Part shown: positions 36,299 through 36,386 of the stretch, piece by piece
Position numbering within the stretch: position 1 is the first letter of the stretch
Layout: every line of letters begins with the position of its first letter
Assembly: GCA_029974275.1 (NCBI GenBank)
Contig: JARKSN010000125.1
Span: forward strand, 1-36,386
Length of the DNA: 36,386 nucleotides
Source of the DNA: Candidatus Hydrogenedentota bacterium
GTDB lineage: Bacteria; Hydrogenedentota; Hydrogenedentia; Hydrogenedentales; SLHB01
Direction of reading: 5' to 3'
Notes under the pieces: model-generated
Databases searched by the model: none
What the model saw: the letters and a program-made list of their open reading frames with translations, nothing else
Told to the model about the DNA's origin: nothing
Made by a program: the position numbers and the translations under genes

Positions 36299-36386
36299 TC
36301 GTTGTCCCATCCGGCGATTTTTCGTTTTCCTTTGATGCTGGCTTTCTTGGTGGTGTTGGCTTTGAGCGCGTTCAGGGCGATTTTTC
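36248..36386 (-). mobile_element. End of an ISAs1-family insertion sequence (truncated by the window edge)
   Basis: Terminal CAGGGCTATCGCATT (ISAs1-type CAGGG end) at 36248, 20 nt beyond the transposase stop; drop in GC content. Confidence 0.8.
36268..36386 (-). CDS. ISAs1-family transposase, C-terminal fragment (partial)
   Basis: Minus frame reads [38 protein letters not shown], matching the ISAs1 C-terminal IALN..SIK.KR..AGWD..YL pattern. Not in the supplied ORF track. Confidence 0.82.
   Translation of the reverse strand, partial: KIALNALKANTTKKASIKGKRKIAGWDNDYLKEILLAM

Noticed and set aside
1..36386. CRISPR arrays, tRNA/rRNA genes, prophage or integrase genes, stop-codon recoding
   Set aside because: No spaced direct repeats, cloverleaf or rRNA signatures, or phage genes were seen by eye. 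All recognised proteins are full-length under the standard code. A covariance-model scan was not possible.

Overview
A GC-rich (roughly 60-65% by eye), gene-dense chromosomal window from a diderm bacterium (LptF/LptG pair, PEP-CTERM protein, murG, clpS-clpA). The lineage cannot be fixed from the sequence alone. About 33 complete CDSs are supported, plus the end of an ISAs1-family element at the right edge. I found no rRNA, tRNA or CRISPR array. The standout feature is a tightly coupled 7-gene minus-strand operon (12171->3731) with its own near-consensus sigma70 promoter. It encodes a B12-binding radical SAM enzyme, a homocitrate-synthase/LeuA-like condensing enzyme, LeuC- and LeuD-like aconitase subunits, a TrxB-fold flavoprotein lacking CxxC, and a LuxE/LuxC carboxylate-activating and -reducing pair. 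It has no LeuB-type dehydrogenase and no luxAB/luxD. I do not recognise this combination as a described pathway; it looks like a specialised-metabolite, cofactor or lipid-building cluster. Other content: a SurA-like PPIase plus M23 peptidase operon; a MinD/ParA-bactofilin-Zn peptidase-exported protein operon; a GT4; murG; a FucU/RbsD protein; an orphan ABC permease plus sulfotransferase; a DUF2961/GH172 protein; lactate permease; clpS-clpA; a 62-aa protein resembling a stand-alone PilC/GspF N-terminal domain; L-rhamnose isomerase; lptFG; and an arsR-arsC-arsM-acr3 operon whose acr3 3' end is invaded by the ISAs1 element. All functional calls come from motif recognition, not database searches. 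Start codons were re-chosen by hand where the ORF track overextends.
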